Made by a program: the position numbers and the translations under genes | The notes under the pieces: model-generated | Databases searched by the model: none | The model's input: the letters and a program-made list of their open reading frames with translations, nothing else | Told to the model about the DNA's origin: nothing | Assembly: GCA_013265495.1 (NCBI GenBank) | Contig: MU058257.1 | Location: 875,418-916,967, forward strand | Length of the DNA: 41,550 nt | Origin: Vicugna vicugna | Taxonomy: Eukaryota | Direction of reading: 5' to 3' | Part shown: piece after piece, positions 9,480-21,069 of the stretch | How positions within the stretch are numbered: the stretch's first letter is position 1 | Layout: each line of letters starts with the position of its first letter

Positions 9480-11000
9480 TGCTCACCACCAGGGCTTGAC
9501 GTAGACGCCACAGGCATCCTCCCACCACCCCCAGTACCCCAGTTTCTCTGGTCTCGTGGAGCTCATTTCGGAGGCATTGAATCATCTGCACTGTTCTTTC
9601 TGAATCAAGCCCAAATTCTCCATAATTCATTGGAGTTCTGCTCCAAGTGAAAAACAGCTCCCTGCCACAGCCCTGTCTGCAGTTGAGTTGAAGAGTGGGT
9701 GCTCATGTGTTCCTCACTTGCGGTGTGCGCTCTAATCCCCAGCACATCCCTGCGGAAGAGTTGCCTGCCATTTTGAATGGAGCCGATGAGGCACCGGGGA
9801 GAGAAATGCGCCCCACATCCCATGGACCCAGCAGCAACCGAACCTTCCCTCCTCCAACCTAACGTTCATTAAACACCAACACCTTCTCTACTTGCTCTCT
9901 TGAGGAAATGACAGCAACATGCTGTTTGGAAGATTAGATGGAGTGAGATGTTGGCTTTCTGTCTTATAAGTAGGTGTGTAGTGTTTGAATTTTTGTATTG
10001 TTGATGGTAGATCAGCCTAGGGCAGGGCGCTGTGTCATGATGGGAACCACACTGAAGCAGAAATAAAGTACGTGTGGTATTTTGCAAGCAAAACTACTCA
10101 GTTCAAGGTTTTGGTGAAGACTGTCTTCTGGTTCATTTGAGACTTTTAAACCAATATCTTCAAAACAACTTAAAACAGACTGAAAGAAAGTTAATTCCTT
10201 AGTCATGTTACAGTGGGGACCATTTCGCTGGAGTAAAGAAGGGCTAAATGTGAGTAGGGTGAAGATTCTGGAAGCATCTGAGTGCAATTCCTTGAAGACA
10301 TCTTATGTCTATCTTTTGTGTTTGAGTTTTTCTGTGTTGGTGCGTAACGTCCTCTTATGCAGTAATATACCTGGTAAAACCCTGTGCTCGTGTTAGAGTT
10401 TGTTTCTGAACGAGGAAGATGAAAATAAAAGGCATATCACTGCATCCACACCTAAGACACCAGCAGAGGCTCATGGCTTTTTCCTTCTCTTACAAACATC
10501 ATACATATGAAGAAGTCACTGCAAAGGATGATGATCTCATGGAGACATCAGAGAAAGAAGCTCTATGTTGTGGCCGGATTTCTTCCGTGTCTCTGGCAAC
10601 AAGTCTTTGTAGACATCGTCAAGCATCACTTGGTTGGTTGTTCCAGTTACAGACGTAGCTCCCACCTTTGGAAATCTGGCTTTTCCTCTCTTTTGGTGGC
10701 ATGACTCCTTGCAAGGCTGTGCCCACACTGTGATCTCCCCGTGAGTGTGAAAGCAGCAGTTTCTTATTTTAGAAGAAGTGTTTTTAGGGTTTCATCAAAT
10801 CTGTTGAAGATAAATCCCTTGTGGTGAAATCCTTCCTCTGCAAACACGCTGATCCTTTTCGGTCCCCGGAATTCCAACTTCCCTTGGAAGATTATAGGAT
10901 GCTGTTCCTTGAGATGCCAGCTTGGTCCTCAGAGAAGTGCAGGATGCTTTGGGGGTCGGTCAAAAGTCTGACAATTCAGCCTCCAACTCCTCTGAGCACT
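9480..11000 (-). pseudogene. One or two very large decayed exon-like segments
   Basis: Repeat-free sequence with coding-like composition. Acceptor ggttttaccag|G at 10370. Fragments such as KELTFFQSVLSCFEDIGLKVSNEPEDSLHQNLELSS. Boundaries uncertain. Confidence 0.3.
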
Positions 11001-11421
11001 TTGCCCTCATGTCGAGGCTCCCAGCTGTGGTGACAGTTAACAGCCGGAGTCTTGGTGATGTGGAAACTTGATCACCACATCAGCGCACGGGGCCATCAGA
11101 AATGTGACCCTGAGGTGACGTCTGCACGTTGTGCCCCCTCTCCCCTCAGCCGCCCCTGCCCCAGCACTGCTTTTCAATTTATATTGATATTCCCCTTTCC
11201 CCCTCTCCTGTTCCTTCACACGAGGCAGTTGACAATGGTAATAAATGTGGTCCCACTCAAGGATGGGGCTGTGACAGGCTCAGTAAGGAGGGGACTGATT
11301 TGTTGCTTTGGGGTGGAAAGCTCAGACGCGCATGAAACAAAAACATTACATTCAGGGTGATGATTTATGGCCTCAACTCCTGTTTGATTGCGGACCATAA
11401 ATACTAGCAAGCGGTACTTAC

Positions 11422-11598
11422 AGCATCTCTAGAGGACATTAGGGACACACTCGAGTTTATTTTACACAGCAATTACTGGTTCAGTATAAGCATGGGCATT
11501 ATTTGAAAGACACTCTTTTCCCCCCAGGAAGTCTTTGGAGATGATGAGATTTGACAACGGTTTTCACACACTTCGGTCTCATCCGTGTGTCTCTGAAG
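11422..11598 (-). pseudogene. Pseudo-exon, 177 nt
   Basis: Acceptor tttctcccag|CTT at 11598 and canonical donor |gtaagt at 11422. Length is a multiple of 3; internal stop. Confidence 0.45.
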
Positions 11599-11789
11599 CT
11601 GGGAGAAACCCAATGACAGATCTATTGGTGAGGCAAAACCCGATACTCATCGACATTCTGACCAGGGCGTCTTTTCTTTTCCTTTTTTTTAATTTTTAAT
11701 CCTGTAATAACCAAGCTTCGCAGCCTCGAGTGCATGGTCAATGCCTAGCATCATCCCATCAAAATTCAGGAACTACCAAGTCTCCTCAG

Positions 11790-11900
11790 TATCAACTCGC
11801 CGGCTGGGCTCCCAGCACAAACCTTGCCCAAGTGGCTTTGATCTCCTTGTGCCTCATTTGTTCGGTGCGGAGGCAGGAGCACCTGCTTCAATGGGTCGTT
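11790..11900 (+). mobile_element. Degenerate MIR fragment
   Basis: accttgcccaagtggctttgatctccttgtgcctcatttgttc resembles the MIR core. Confidence 0.4.
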
Positions 11901-12099
11901 TGGGCCTTGATCACAGCGTTTCTATCTGCCGGCCTTTCCCGGTGTTGCCTGGTCGCTGTGCTCACCCCAGCGTGGGTCCTGGTTCCCTTGCCCGTTTGAC
12001 CACCCCCATGTCTTGGAGCCATGAGAATGAGACTCCACTCACCGTTTGTAACTGAGGCCCCAACTGGCCAGGATGCTAAGCAGTGCCTGGCGCAATGCT

Positions 12100-12556
12100 T
12101 CATTTGTATCACAAAAAACGTTCAGTCCCAGGAGGAATTTATTTATACTCTCTACACTCAGTGCTCAGTGAGTTAATTTATTTAAAGCGGTGAGTTATGT
12201 TTTCCTGTGATACAGATTCGATCCCTACTTGGAAAAGAAGAAGGCCTTTCTAAAAGCTTCTTTGGAGTTGGAGGAGTTGGACCCCGGAGATGGTGCTTGA
12301 TGAAGTGCTGTGGAAGGAGCGCCCCGGCAGGTGAGGGTGGTTGAGGAGGAACTTCATATTCAGCGCTGTGGTAGGCGGCTGCTCCTCCTTCCTTGCCTCG
12401 GGGAGACTTCCCAGAAGATGGAAACCAGCTCACTCCTTCTTTCGGCAGAGATCATCCGAGGTGTCCTTCTAATGGGCGCCATTCTTGCTGAATTATAGAT
12501 GAGCGAGATAGTAAGACAGACGCCATTATCTGAGTTATTTATTCATGGGATGTCGT
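12100..12556 (-). pseudogene. Pseudo-exon, S/P-rich (…SSSSTTLTCRGAPSTALHQAPSPGSNSSNSKEAFRK…)
   Basis: Acceptor gtgttacag|AC at 12556; several stops; donor not identified. Confidence 0.35.
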
Positions 12557-12761
12557 CTGTAACACACGCACACTCGTTTTTCTCAAACTTTGGTATCGAT
12601 CTATTGCTTTAATCAGTTGTACCAAGGGATGCTGGAAGACTTACAGCTCGAGCGCCAGCCTCTCTCTCTGGGTCTCAGCCAGGCTAAGAGGGAAAAGCAT
12701 GGCTATTCTCAGACTCTTGGTAATGTGAACACTAAGCAGAAGTGGATGGATGGCTCCCTAC

Positions 12762-13012
12762 GTTCAGGTGAGCGAACGCACATCGTTCCTTCAACCTCGC
12801 GCACAGGAAGTCATCCCTTGGACAACACCATCGTATTTTTGTTCACATGTTTTCTCCAACTGCGATGCTAGTTGGAAGGACCGCAGGCAGCCAGCTCTGC
12901 CCTCTCTTAATGATGCCCACACATCTTCTCTGACTTTGCTTTCAAAGCAAGGCACAAACTCTGCTGGTTCCCCAGAAACACACGGCCAAGACCTCAGCAG
13001 ATCATCAGCATT
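12762..13012 (-). pseudogene. Pseudo-exon (NADDLLRSWPCVSGEPAEFVPCFESKVREDVWASLREGRAGCLRSFQLASQLEKTCEQKYDGVVQG…)
   Basis: Acceptor cctctcgacag|AAT at 13012, donor |gtaggg at 12762. About 73 open codons before the first stop; helical pattern. Confidence 0.5.
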
Positions 13013-13575
13013 CTGTCGAGAGGCAATTAAAGATGATACAGTTCAGGCTCTATTTTTATTTATACTGTGTAATGAGGCTCCAAATTAAAAAAAGTTCCAT
13101 CCTAATCTCCATTAATGGAAGGAGTGGCAGTCCTGCGGGGGCAGCAGTCCCATATTAGGTGACAAATTTATCATTTTTACATTCTTACGGAGCCAAGATT
13201 CAGCATTTCCCGAGGACAAGTGCTGATGCAGATGGCAGGAGACCGCTCCCCCTCTCCTCGTCCTACTGCAGAAGTGGGTTTCACTTGAGCAGGAAGACCT
13301 GCCAGGCTGCGCATTTGTGGGCAATTAGGGCACACCTCGGGTGGTCTTAGAGAACACAAGGTCAAAGACGGGGCTTTAACTTTCTAAGAAGTGCAATAAT
13401 GACCCTGAAATGCACAGCTTGGGCCCGTTTTTACAATTGTAAGATGGAATACATTCAAACAAAACAAACAAGGAACAAAGACGAAGTGGAAATTGGTAGC
13501 TGGGGGAATGAAATCAATGTCAAACAGTCATGGGTCTTTGTATTTGGGTTTCTAAAGACATTTCCAAATGGTTAC

Positions 13576-13720
13576 CCCCTTACAAAGCTTTGCCACTTTC
13601 TCAAGTGTAGTCAGAGGCTGATTGTCTACAAAGAGCTTCTGACCCATCTCTGTATTTTTCAGTGACGTCAGTAAGACCCGAAAACGTTTGGTTGGAGAAG
13701 AGGACTCTGCCAGGTGGGGT
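13576..13720 (-). pseudogene. Pseudo-exon (PHLAESSSPTKRFRVLLTSLKNTEMGQKLFVDNQPLTTLEKVAKLCKG)
   Basis: Acceptor ctaatgcag|A at 13720, donor GGG|gtaacc at 13576. Fully open. 'EMGQKLFVDNQ' resembles spectrin 'e.G..Li...h'. Confidence 0.55.
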
Positions 13721-13858
13721 CTGCATTAGTTTTGAGATTCAGGCCAGAGGTCTGAATGGGACAAAGGTACTTGGGGAAGGTCAGAACCCCTTTGGATCAG
13801 TAAATCACTACTGAGAAACTGCTGAGAGATTTAAGGCAGTCTGCATGGAGCGGAGCCC

Positions 13859-14315
13859 TGTGGGAGGCCCCAAGGACATCGCTGTCTTAGTCCCTGGACC
13901 CTGTCAATGTTACCCTATATGGCAAAAGAGAAGTCTTTGCAGCTGTGATCAAGTTAGGGTTTGCGAGGAGAGGTTCTCCTGAGATGTCCATTGGATCTTA
14001 GATGCAGTCATGTTTCCTTATAAGAGGGAGGCAGAGGGAAGGTCTATACAGAAACGCACACACAGAGAAGGTGACGTCACCATGAAACACACACACAGGA
14101 GGTGATGTCACCGTGACACAGCCGCACTCCAGGTGCACCCCACACTGCCAGGAACTGGACGAGCGAGGCGCGGGTCCGCCCCAGAGCCTCAGGACGGAAC
14201 CGGAAGCGATGCTGATTTTGGACTTTCAGCCTCCAGGACTGTGAGAGAATTCATCCCTGTTGCCTCAGGCTCCCATTTTGTGCTGACTTGTCAGCGGCCT
14301 CGGGAGAAGAACCCA
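13859..14315 (+). mobile_element. MaLR solo LTR (MLT1 family)
   Basis: MLT1 motifs ccccaagga…atgttaccctatatggcaaaag…tttgcagctgtgat…tccttataagagggaggcagaggga…tgattttggactttcagcctccaggactgtgaga. Confidence 0.8.
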
Positions 14316-15513
14316 AGTCCCGGTGGGTCTGGGGCGTCTGGTCTCCGAGCCGCCCTGCCTCCTCCCCCGAGCGCTGTGCCTGCTTCAGGGTTACATCATG
14401 GAGTTCTTTCTAGATCGTACTCTGTTTTCAAAGAAAGAGTGAAACGTCTTGATCCCCCTCGGCTGCTGGCCCCCTGCTACAGTTTTCCAAGGGAACCTCA
14501 GACCCAGGTTCAAAGCCTCCCAAATACACCTCTTCCAAGCCCAAGTCGGTCCCCACCCACCACCCCGACCCGCTCGCCCACAATCCTCCTCCTCTTCCCA
14601 GGCCCCAGAGTCTTTCTCGAAGCTCCATCAAACAACCTGTACCTACTTTAACCTCCTGTGGCGTTTGCCACAGAGACACCTGGTTCTGCTGCCAGCTTCC
14701 CAGGAGGGCTTGGCCCCCTGCAGGAAGGACCTCTGTGTCCTCCGCAGTGCCTGGCCCGGCTCACACGCGGAGGGACAGAATTCCTTGGAACACATTTCCC
14801 TGGACTGAAGAGCAGGAGAATCGTCCAGAGGCAGGCGGGCCGGCCCTGCGCTCCCCTCGGGGCTGGAGCCTGAGCGCCCACAAGTTGGGAAGGGAAGCTC
14901 GGACAGCACCCCAGCTCCTCACGCTGAGATGGCAGCCCTGGTCCTCTCAGCAGGCGCCAAGTACTAGACGCTAAGGGTCAAGACCCCTGAGGAAGCTAAA
15001 GAGTTGGAGGAGGTGGGGGCTTTGTACTAAGAGGTTCTGACTTGTGCCAGCAGAGTGGGGAGCCCATGCTTTGTGCCACTGGAACGGGTGACCGAAAGAA
15101 ATGTGTTCCAGGACCCTGAAGAGCCCATTGGATCCTTGGAAATCCGACTAATTCCCATTGGATGGTGGGTAGCTGGCTGGACTTCCTGCCCAGAGCTGGC
15201 ACTCCCACTTGGCAGCTGGGAACCACTGACCCTAGTCAGCGTTCCAGAAACTACTTGAGATCCAGGAGAAACCCTTTCTCCCAGGATTGCTTCCCCTGAA
15301 AAAGTGTTGTTTCACATACAATTTAATAGTCTCCTGAGAGGGTAAAGGAAGAGGCTTTTTTTTTTTATCCTTTTGTTTTTTAAGCCTATGATGAAAGAAA
15401 ATCCACAAATAACTGGGGTATCCATTGAAACCTTTTTTAGGTATAAATCTCTCCTTCACACTCAGGTCCCACCTGGGGCAGCCGTAGAAGACAGCCGAGC
15501 GTGCAGGATGGTG

Positions 15514-15732
15514 GTAATAGCTGACAACGGCTGAGACTCTGCCCCGCGTCCGAGACCCAGATGCTCTGTTCCTTCTTGCAACAGACTTGTGAAACTGGTG
15601 CTACTGTTCCTCCCAGGTTTACGGATGAAGAAACTGAAGTCAGCGAGGTTAAGAGACTTGCCAAGGTCACGCACGGCTGGCTCGCGGCGGGACCAGGCCA
15701 GAGCCCAGCAGCCTGTCTCGGAGCGTGTGCTC
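15514..15732 (-). mobile_element. MIR SINE
   Basis: tttacggatgaagaaactgaagtcagcgaggttaagagacttgccaaggtcac is the antisense MIR core. Confidence 0.8.
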
Positions 15733-16452
15733 GCTATGTGCTCTCTGGGACACACGGGGCAAACAGGCTGATGCTCCTGCGGCAGCTATAAATCTCAGTC
15801 TGTAAAGTCAGGGGGTTTCCTGTCCATCAATCATCCTACTGTCATCTCTAAATCTTTTTCCCCCTGGGCTGGAGGAAAAGCTCCGCCACCATGGGGGCTC
15901 CCTCATCACCCCCTTCAGCAGGTCCGAGCAGGATCTAGTGACCTGGCCACCATGATGAGAGGCTGGGTGGTCTGCCTGGTGGCCGCTGAGAGGTGCGTGG
16001 CCCCAGGCCACGTGGTAGTCTCTGGTCCATGGCTTCTGTGTGAAGAAGCCTGGGGCCCAGAGCCTTCAGGCATCCCTTGCCCACCTCCCCAGAGGCCCCA
16101 CTCAGCCCCAAGGTGGTGCCCAGAGCAGGGAGCAAGTCTTCATCGCCCGAACTGGAAAAATCTGAGTTGCTCTGAGGGAGAGCAGCTCCCTGCTTCTCTC
16201 CCTCCTCTTTCCTCCTCTTTTTCTCCCCAGGAGATGGGTACAGATACTCCTTCCTGAGTCGCTGCTGCCCTTCCTGATGGTCTTAGAATGTTGACGATGT
16301 CTGCTCACTTCCCTGCTGCGAATCCCCGCTAGCTGCTTGAACAGGTGAAGAAGCAAAGGCAGAATACGGAGTGAAAATTTCAGCAAATATTGCAAAGTAA
16401 GCTTCTGCCGCATCTCCCTTGCGGAATTTCCACACCCGTGTGTTGGCCTCAC

Positions 16453-16581
16453 CGCCGTTGCATGCACACGTGATCATTCCTACGCCAACATGGTTCCCAT
16501 TCTTTTGATCTTGAATAAGACTTTCACATCCTATCAGGTAAAGCTTATATTATCTCGGCTTTGTCTCTGGCAAGACTGATG
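16453..16581 (-). pseudogene. Pseudo-exon (ISLARDKAEII*ALPDRM*KSYSRSKEW…)
   Basis: Acceptor tttttgcatcccag|C at 16581, donor CG|gtgagg at 16453. 129 nt, phase-compatible with both neighbours. Confidence 0.5.
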
Positions 16582-17069
16582 CTGGGATGCAAAAACATTG
16601 AAAATTCCTTTATTAAAATCCCCAACAAATCATACATTAGAGCTGATGCCCACGAGGTCATGGGTGGTGGTTGGGTGACCGACTTTTTTTATATGTCATT
16701 TCATACCCACAGTACTTCTTAATAAGCCTTATAATTTATGTTTTAATTTATAATTATCTTGGAAGATCTGATTGTTTGGAATTCATGCTAATCTATTCCT
16801 GTTGTTCGAATCTTTAGAAAGGTTATTAAAGGAATATTTAAGTGTCTCATTTCATGAAAATTGTAACACTGGGTTGCAATTAAATGTGTTTATTCAGAAA
16901 GTTGGAGGAAAATCTCTGGGGAAGATGTAGTATTTACTATCTACACTGGTTTCAGTATTGCCAACTGTGGGTTTTTAAAAAATACATTATGTTTGATCTT
17001 GTGTTTATCCCTCCACCATGAGGAAATCCCTGGACTGTCAGTGCCTCCAGGGATGCTTTCTGAGCAGAC

Positions 17070-17173
17070 CTCATCTTTGGGGATCATTTTATTTCCACAG
17101 TTTAGTGCCTCCTTACTAGAAGAGAGCACTCCATAATTTTTTCTAAAGATTCTGTCTGTCTTGATCCAGTGCG
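17070..17173 (-). pseudogene. Pseudo-exon (RTGSRQTESLEKIMECSLLVRRH*TVEIK*SPKM)
   Basis: Acceptor atcacccag|CGC at 17173, donor AG|gtctgc at 17070. 104 nt; 'LLVRRH' resembles spectrin helix B. Confidence 0.45.
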
Positions 17174-17399
17174 CTGGGTGATAAATGACTGAAAGTTGGC
17201 CACAGAGGGGAAGGAAGCCACGAGTCATGCTGTCTCCTAGTAACCAGTCTGCAAAGAGCTTCCAGCAAGTATGTCAAACCCCCAAGCACGCTTCCATTTG
17301 CTATCATCTCTAGACAGGCTGTCCTAATCTATATCTGTGCCCTCATCCTTCTTTCAAAACTTCCAAGAATAGAGAAAATGGGATGTGGTTTGCATATGC

Positions 17400-17635
17400 C
17401 TACAACCTCCTTCAGAACCCGAACGCAGCACAGCTACGCAGGGAGTCCTCCCAGCGAGCCCTCGCCCTTGCTTCACTTTTCTGTGTGTTGCTTGTTATGT
17501 TCTGTTATGACGCAGGGTTTACTATATATTGTCTTTCACTTAGAAGTATGTTTCTCTACATAACTGTTAAACCAGTTCGTACTGATATGTGGTTCCGCCA
17601 TTCGGAAGAAACTGGCAACTTTTCAGACTAGGAAG
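17400..17635 (-). pseudogene. Pseudo-exon (…KVASFFRMAEPHISTNWFNSYVEKH…ITEHNKQH…)
   Basis: Acceptor cctttttctgcag|CTT at 17635. F...aE....W pattern of spectrin-like helix A. Donor uncertain. Confidence 0.45.
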
Positions 17636-18334
17636 CTGCAGAAAAGGACTTTTCTTTTGCATCCCATCAGCTAAAGGTGGACCTTTGTTAAGATTATTTC
17701 AAACATCAGCTCTCCCTAAATGAGAGGTAAAAAATGTTTGGGGCGGGGGCAGGGATTAAGCCTATTAACCATCTTCATCTGTTAGACCGCTGGCTCCAAG
17801 CATCCAGGGTGGGAGTCCTCGGGGATATGGAGGAACCAGAGTTAGTGGTGAAGCCTGACGCCCCAGAAAACGTGCTGTGTAAGCTGATGTAAGCAGCAAG
17901 AGAGCTCCAGGAACCAGCAAAGGAGGGAGATACAGGGAAAGGAGTGGGAAGGAAAGATGACTGGCAGAGACTGAAAGGACCGCTGCAGATCACCTCAGAA
18001 GAACCTCTGACAGGTAGTTACAAGTCTCTGATTTAAACCACCAGCTCTAAAGGTCTGATTTATTCTGGTTCCTTGTTTTCTTCCAAAACTCTATGTAGAG
18101 TAAGTGTGCAGGAAATGCTTGCCTAGCAAATATATTTCCACTTTAGGCAAAAAGAATAGGCAATCCTCAGATAGTTTAAAAAAAAAAAAAAGGACTATGA
18201 AGAATGTTTGGCAGGGTTATTAGAGGCAGCTCTGGGATTTTACCAGGAAAGCTTTTGGCTTTTGGAAAAGTTGTCCCCAAAGTTAGGCTCTTTTGTCAAT
18301 AAGCTGCAAGGACACACAGAGAGGAAATGTAGCC

Positions 18335-18492
18335 AGTGTTTTATAATAAGTGTAAATGGAATATAACCTTTAAAGATTGTGCATCGCTGTAGTGTACACC
18401 TGCAACTAAATGTAAATGTTTTATATATACAATATAAATGTTGTTCATCAACTATAGCTCAATAAATAAGTACATAATAAGTGAAAACAAAA
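18335..18492 (+). mobile_element. Short L1 3'-end fragment
   Basis: taaatggaatataacctttaaagattgtgcatcgctgtagtgtacacctg…catcaactatagctcaataaa. Confidence 0.7.
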
Positions 18493-18589
18493 AGTTAGGC
18501 TCTCTGAGATAAACCAAACCTCAATCTTTAAAGGCATCTCTTTACATTGCAAATGTAAACTTCATTTTATTCGTGGGGAAAACTCCTGA

Positions 18590-19216
18590 TGTTACCGAAC
18601 CAAACTTGGGTCCGCTTGCGTGCCCACAGCAAAGCCAATCTACGGACAGCGGGTTGTGGTGAAGCAAAGTCCGGTGTTTACGGCAGGCAAGGAGTCCAGG
18701 TGGCTGGTGCTCAAAGGGCCCACACTCCCCGAAGGCTTTCAGGGAAAGGCTTTTAAAGACAGGGTGGAGGAGGGCTGTGGTGGTGTGACCAGCTTGTGGG
18801 CATGCTTCTGATGGGTCGGTGGTGAGGTCATCAGGACTCCACACCATCAACCTTCTGGTTCCCACCTGTCTGGGGTCTCCGTGCTGGTGGGCAGCGTTCA
18901 GTCACCTCCTTCCCCCTGGTGGGGTAGCAGTATCTACAAAACATCTCAGAGGACATGGCTCAGAATGTTACCCCTAGCCTCTGAGGAAGAGCTAAAAGTC
19001 CTTGACTCTGTTTAATGGCTAAACTATTACTATTTTGTGTTGCTTGACTCTTCCTTTCTTTCTGCATTTTCTCACTTCCCTGATTAAGTTTACTCTTTGG
19101 AACTCGGGGAAGGCCGAGGGGGCTAAACTTTTGCTACAGATGAAAGGTGGGCAGAGGAAGTGGGGGTGGAGGGGTGTCTATTCTGGGCAGGCCTCGTAGG
19201 GCTCCGCTCAATTACA
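18590..19216 (-). mobile_element. ERV1-class solo LTR (~627 bp)
   Basis: Termini tgttacc… and …aattaca (TG…CA); 4-bp flanks ctga/ctca; MER4/MER41-group-like end (cccaagtttggttcggtaaca on the minus strand). Confidence 0.78.
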
Positions 19217-19234
19217 CTCAGGAGGCTGGGAACG

Positions 19235-19300
19235 CTGAACAGGGCTGAGATTTTAACCTGAGCTTTTCTGGTTCTGAAGCTGATCCTCTGAACCACTTAG
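19235..19300 (-). mobile_element. MIR fragment
   Basis: agggctgagattttaacctgagcttttctggttctgaagctgatcctctgaaccact. Confidence 0.45.
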
Positions 19301-19461
19301 TTCCAGACTTTCCCTTCTGTAAGCCTCCAGCCTGAAACAGGTTGAAAAATTAATTTTAGTGTTTATTAATCTAGTGAAAGAGTGGTTGTAGAATTCTATG
19401 ACACTCATAAAATTGCAGCCCTGCTAGGAATATTAGAAAGTGCTTAATCTTGTGGTTTCAA

Positions 19462-19685
19462 ACTAGTTCTCAGTTTGCTCAGAGGTGCGCAGAGGTGGCC
19501 CAGGGCGGCAGAGGCGGAGGGGACGGGAGGGCCTGGGCCAGAGCTCCAGAGTTTCAGTCCCCTTTTCCAAAGATGACAGCTTCAATCTACTTTTTTCACA
19601 TTGGAGTTCTACATAAGATTCCATTCAGGGCAGAAGTAAAGGTTACCATTCTGGAAAAAAAAAAGAGTGACAAACACTGAGCTAG
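19462..19685. mobile_element. Possible old hAT-Charlie-type DNA transposon remnant
   Basis: tagttctcag at the left end and aaaaaa…acaaacactgagctag at the right resemble MER5/MER102-103-type termini. Family not certain. Confidence 0.3.
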
Positions 19686-19759
19686 TGATTATGACGATCT
19701 TTCATTTTATAGATGCAAAAACTGAAAACTGAACAGCAGTTTAGTCAAGGCCATTCTCT

Positions 19760-20205
19760 TAAAATCACAGCATCTCTGAGACGGACACTCTTGAGGGTCG
19801 TCCAGTCCAACCTTCTGCCCATGTTGGCCTCCTTGACCTCTGTTTGTGCACCCACACCGGACCCCACATCCCCTGCTACTGAGAGCTCATGGTCTACTGA
19901 ATCTCCCCATCTTTCTGGTTCTTAGAAAACATTTCCTTATAATAAGCTAAAATCTGGCCTTCCATATCCCAGGGAACCAAGTAGAAGAATGAGTCATTTG
20001 CCCACATGGCAACACTTCAGGTATCTGCAGACACCTCACACGTCCCCACTAGGTCTGTCATCTCCCAGGACAGCATCTTCATGTCTGTAGCCATTCCTCA
20101 GACAACGTGGACTCCTTCAAGTCTGGTTGACCCCACTTCAAAAAGTGTCAGTTTGTTTACATCCCCTTTAAAGAGTCAAGTGCAGAATTGAACATAACAC
20201 TTCAA
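19760..20205 (-). mobile_element. CR1/L3 LINE remnant
   Basis: tcttgagggtcgtccagtccaacc…ttagaaaacatttccttataataagctaaaatctg…cagaattgaacataacacttc. Confidence 0.45.
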
Positions 20206-20328
20206 TAACGTTTTAATTCATTCGTTAAGTCTTCTTTTAAACTTTCCCTCTTCACACAACATCATCATAACCCCCTCATGCTGGGCAAGAGTTGATAAGC
20301 AAGAGAAACAAAGTGAAGAAGCTATTAC

Positions 20329-20660
20329 CTACAGGCTGGGTTCGCCCACACGGACAGATTCATTTCTTAAAAGGAATTCCCGACGCCAGAGTCACCCCAG
20401 TGCACAGGCAGTGAGAGTTCTTTCCTAAAGCAAGCCATTACTCTTCGCCATTAGCTACATGCAGAAGGACTTGTACATTTGAAACAAATAATCAGTGGAC
20501 TCTGAGGTTGTGTGGAGGTGGATTTATGCCACTGTACTTAAACCACATGCAAGATGGGAGCTACCCTGTCTACATAAGAGATACCGAGGTCAAGCCACGG
20601 CAAGTTCACTGAGCAGCATGAAGCAATTTTAAGCATCTTGACAGTTATACTTGCAAGTCC
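20329..20660 (-). pseudogene. Pseudo-exon, CCDC141-like repeat (DLQV*LSRCLKLLHAAQ / ISYVDRVAPIL / SESTDYLFQMYKSFCM*LMAKSNGLL*E)
   Basis: Colinear by eye with remembered CCDC141 …LERRTELLRLTSE / AIKIDQAEDFL / AESLKSLLQLHEHHTKELLERSLALLNK. Donor |gtaata at 20329; acceptor decayed. Confidence 0.5.
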
Positions 20661-20858
20661 GACGACAAAGGAGAAAATAATCATAATACATGAAAATCAG
20701 TTTTTTCCAGATTTTACCAAAAGCATCACAGATGGCCCTCACTTAACTCTGTGAGGTGAGGAAACCTGTATAAATAACCCAAGACAGCAAGCAAAATGCC
20801 ATTAAATCATGGTTCTGGGTGCGCTGGAATTTACATTTTCAAAGCAATGGCAAATTAC

Positions 20859-20956
20859 TTTCTAGTAATGGATGGTTGTATTAAATATTAATGGCTAGTG
20901 TTTCTTGAGTTCATTTCGACTAGTCCTGATGCGTCTGCAATGGCAGGGGTGTCAAC
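20859..20956 (-). pseudogene. Pseudo-exon (VDTPAIADASGLVEMNSRNTSH*YLIQPSITRK)
   Basis: Acceptor caatttcag|GTT at 20956, donor AA|gtaatt at 20859. Resembles CCDC141 'LQEADKTAEENKDQSQVYDAMAETL'. Confidence 0.5.
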
Positions 20957-21069
20957 CTGAAATTGAACATTTGCTAGAAGAAATCCACCAAACGAATAAT
21001 AATCCATACATGCTTAATCTGTAAATGATTATATTCCACAGTTACTGCTATTTGGGGCTGCACCAAGCG

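Noticed and set aside
14133..14974. Pro-rich ORFs of 70-172 aa
   Set aside because: They start within the MLT1 LTR or lie in GC-rich low-complexity sequence; chance ORFs.
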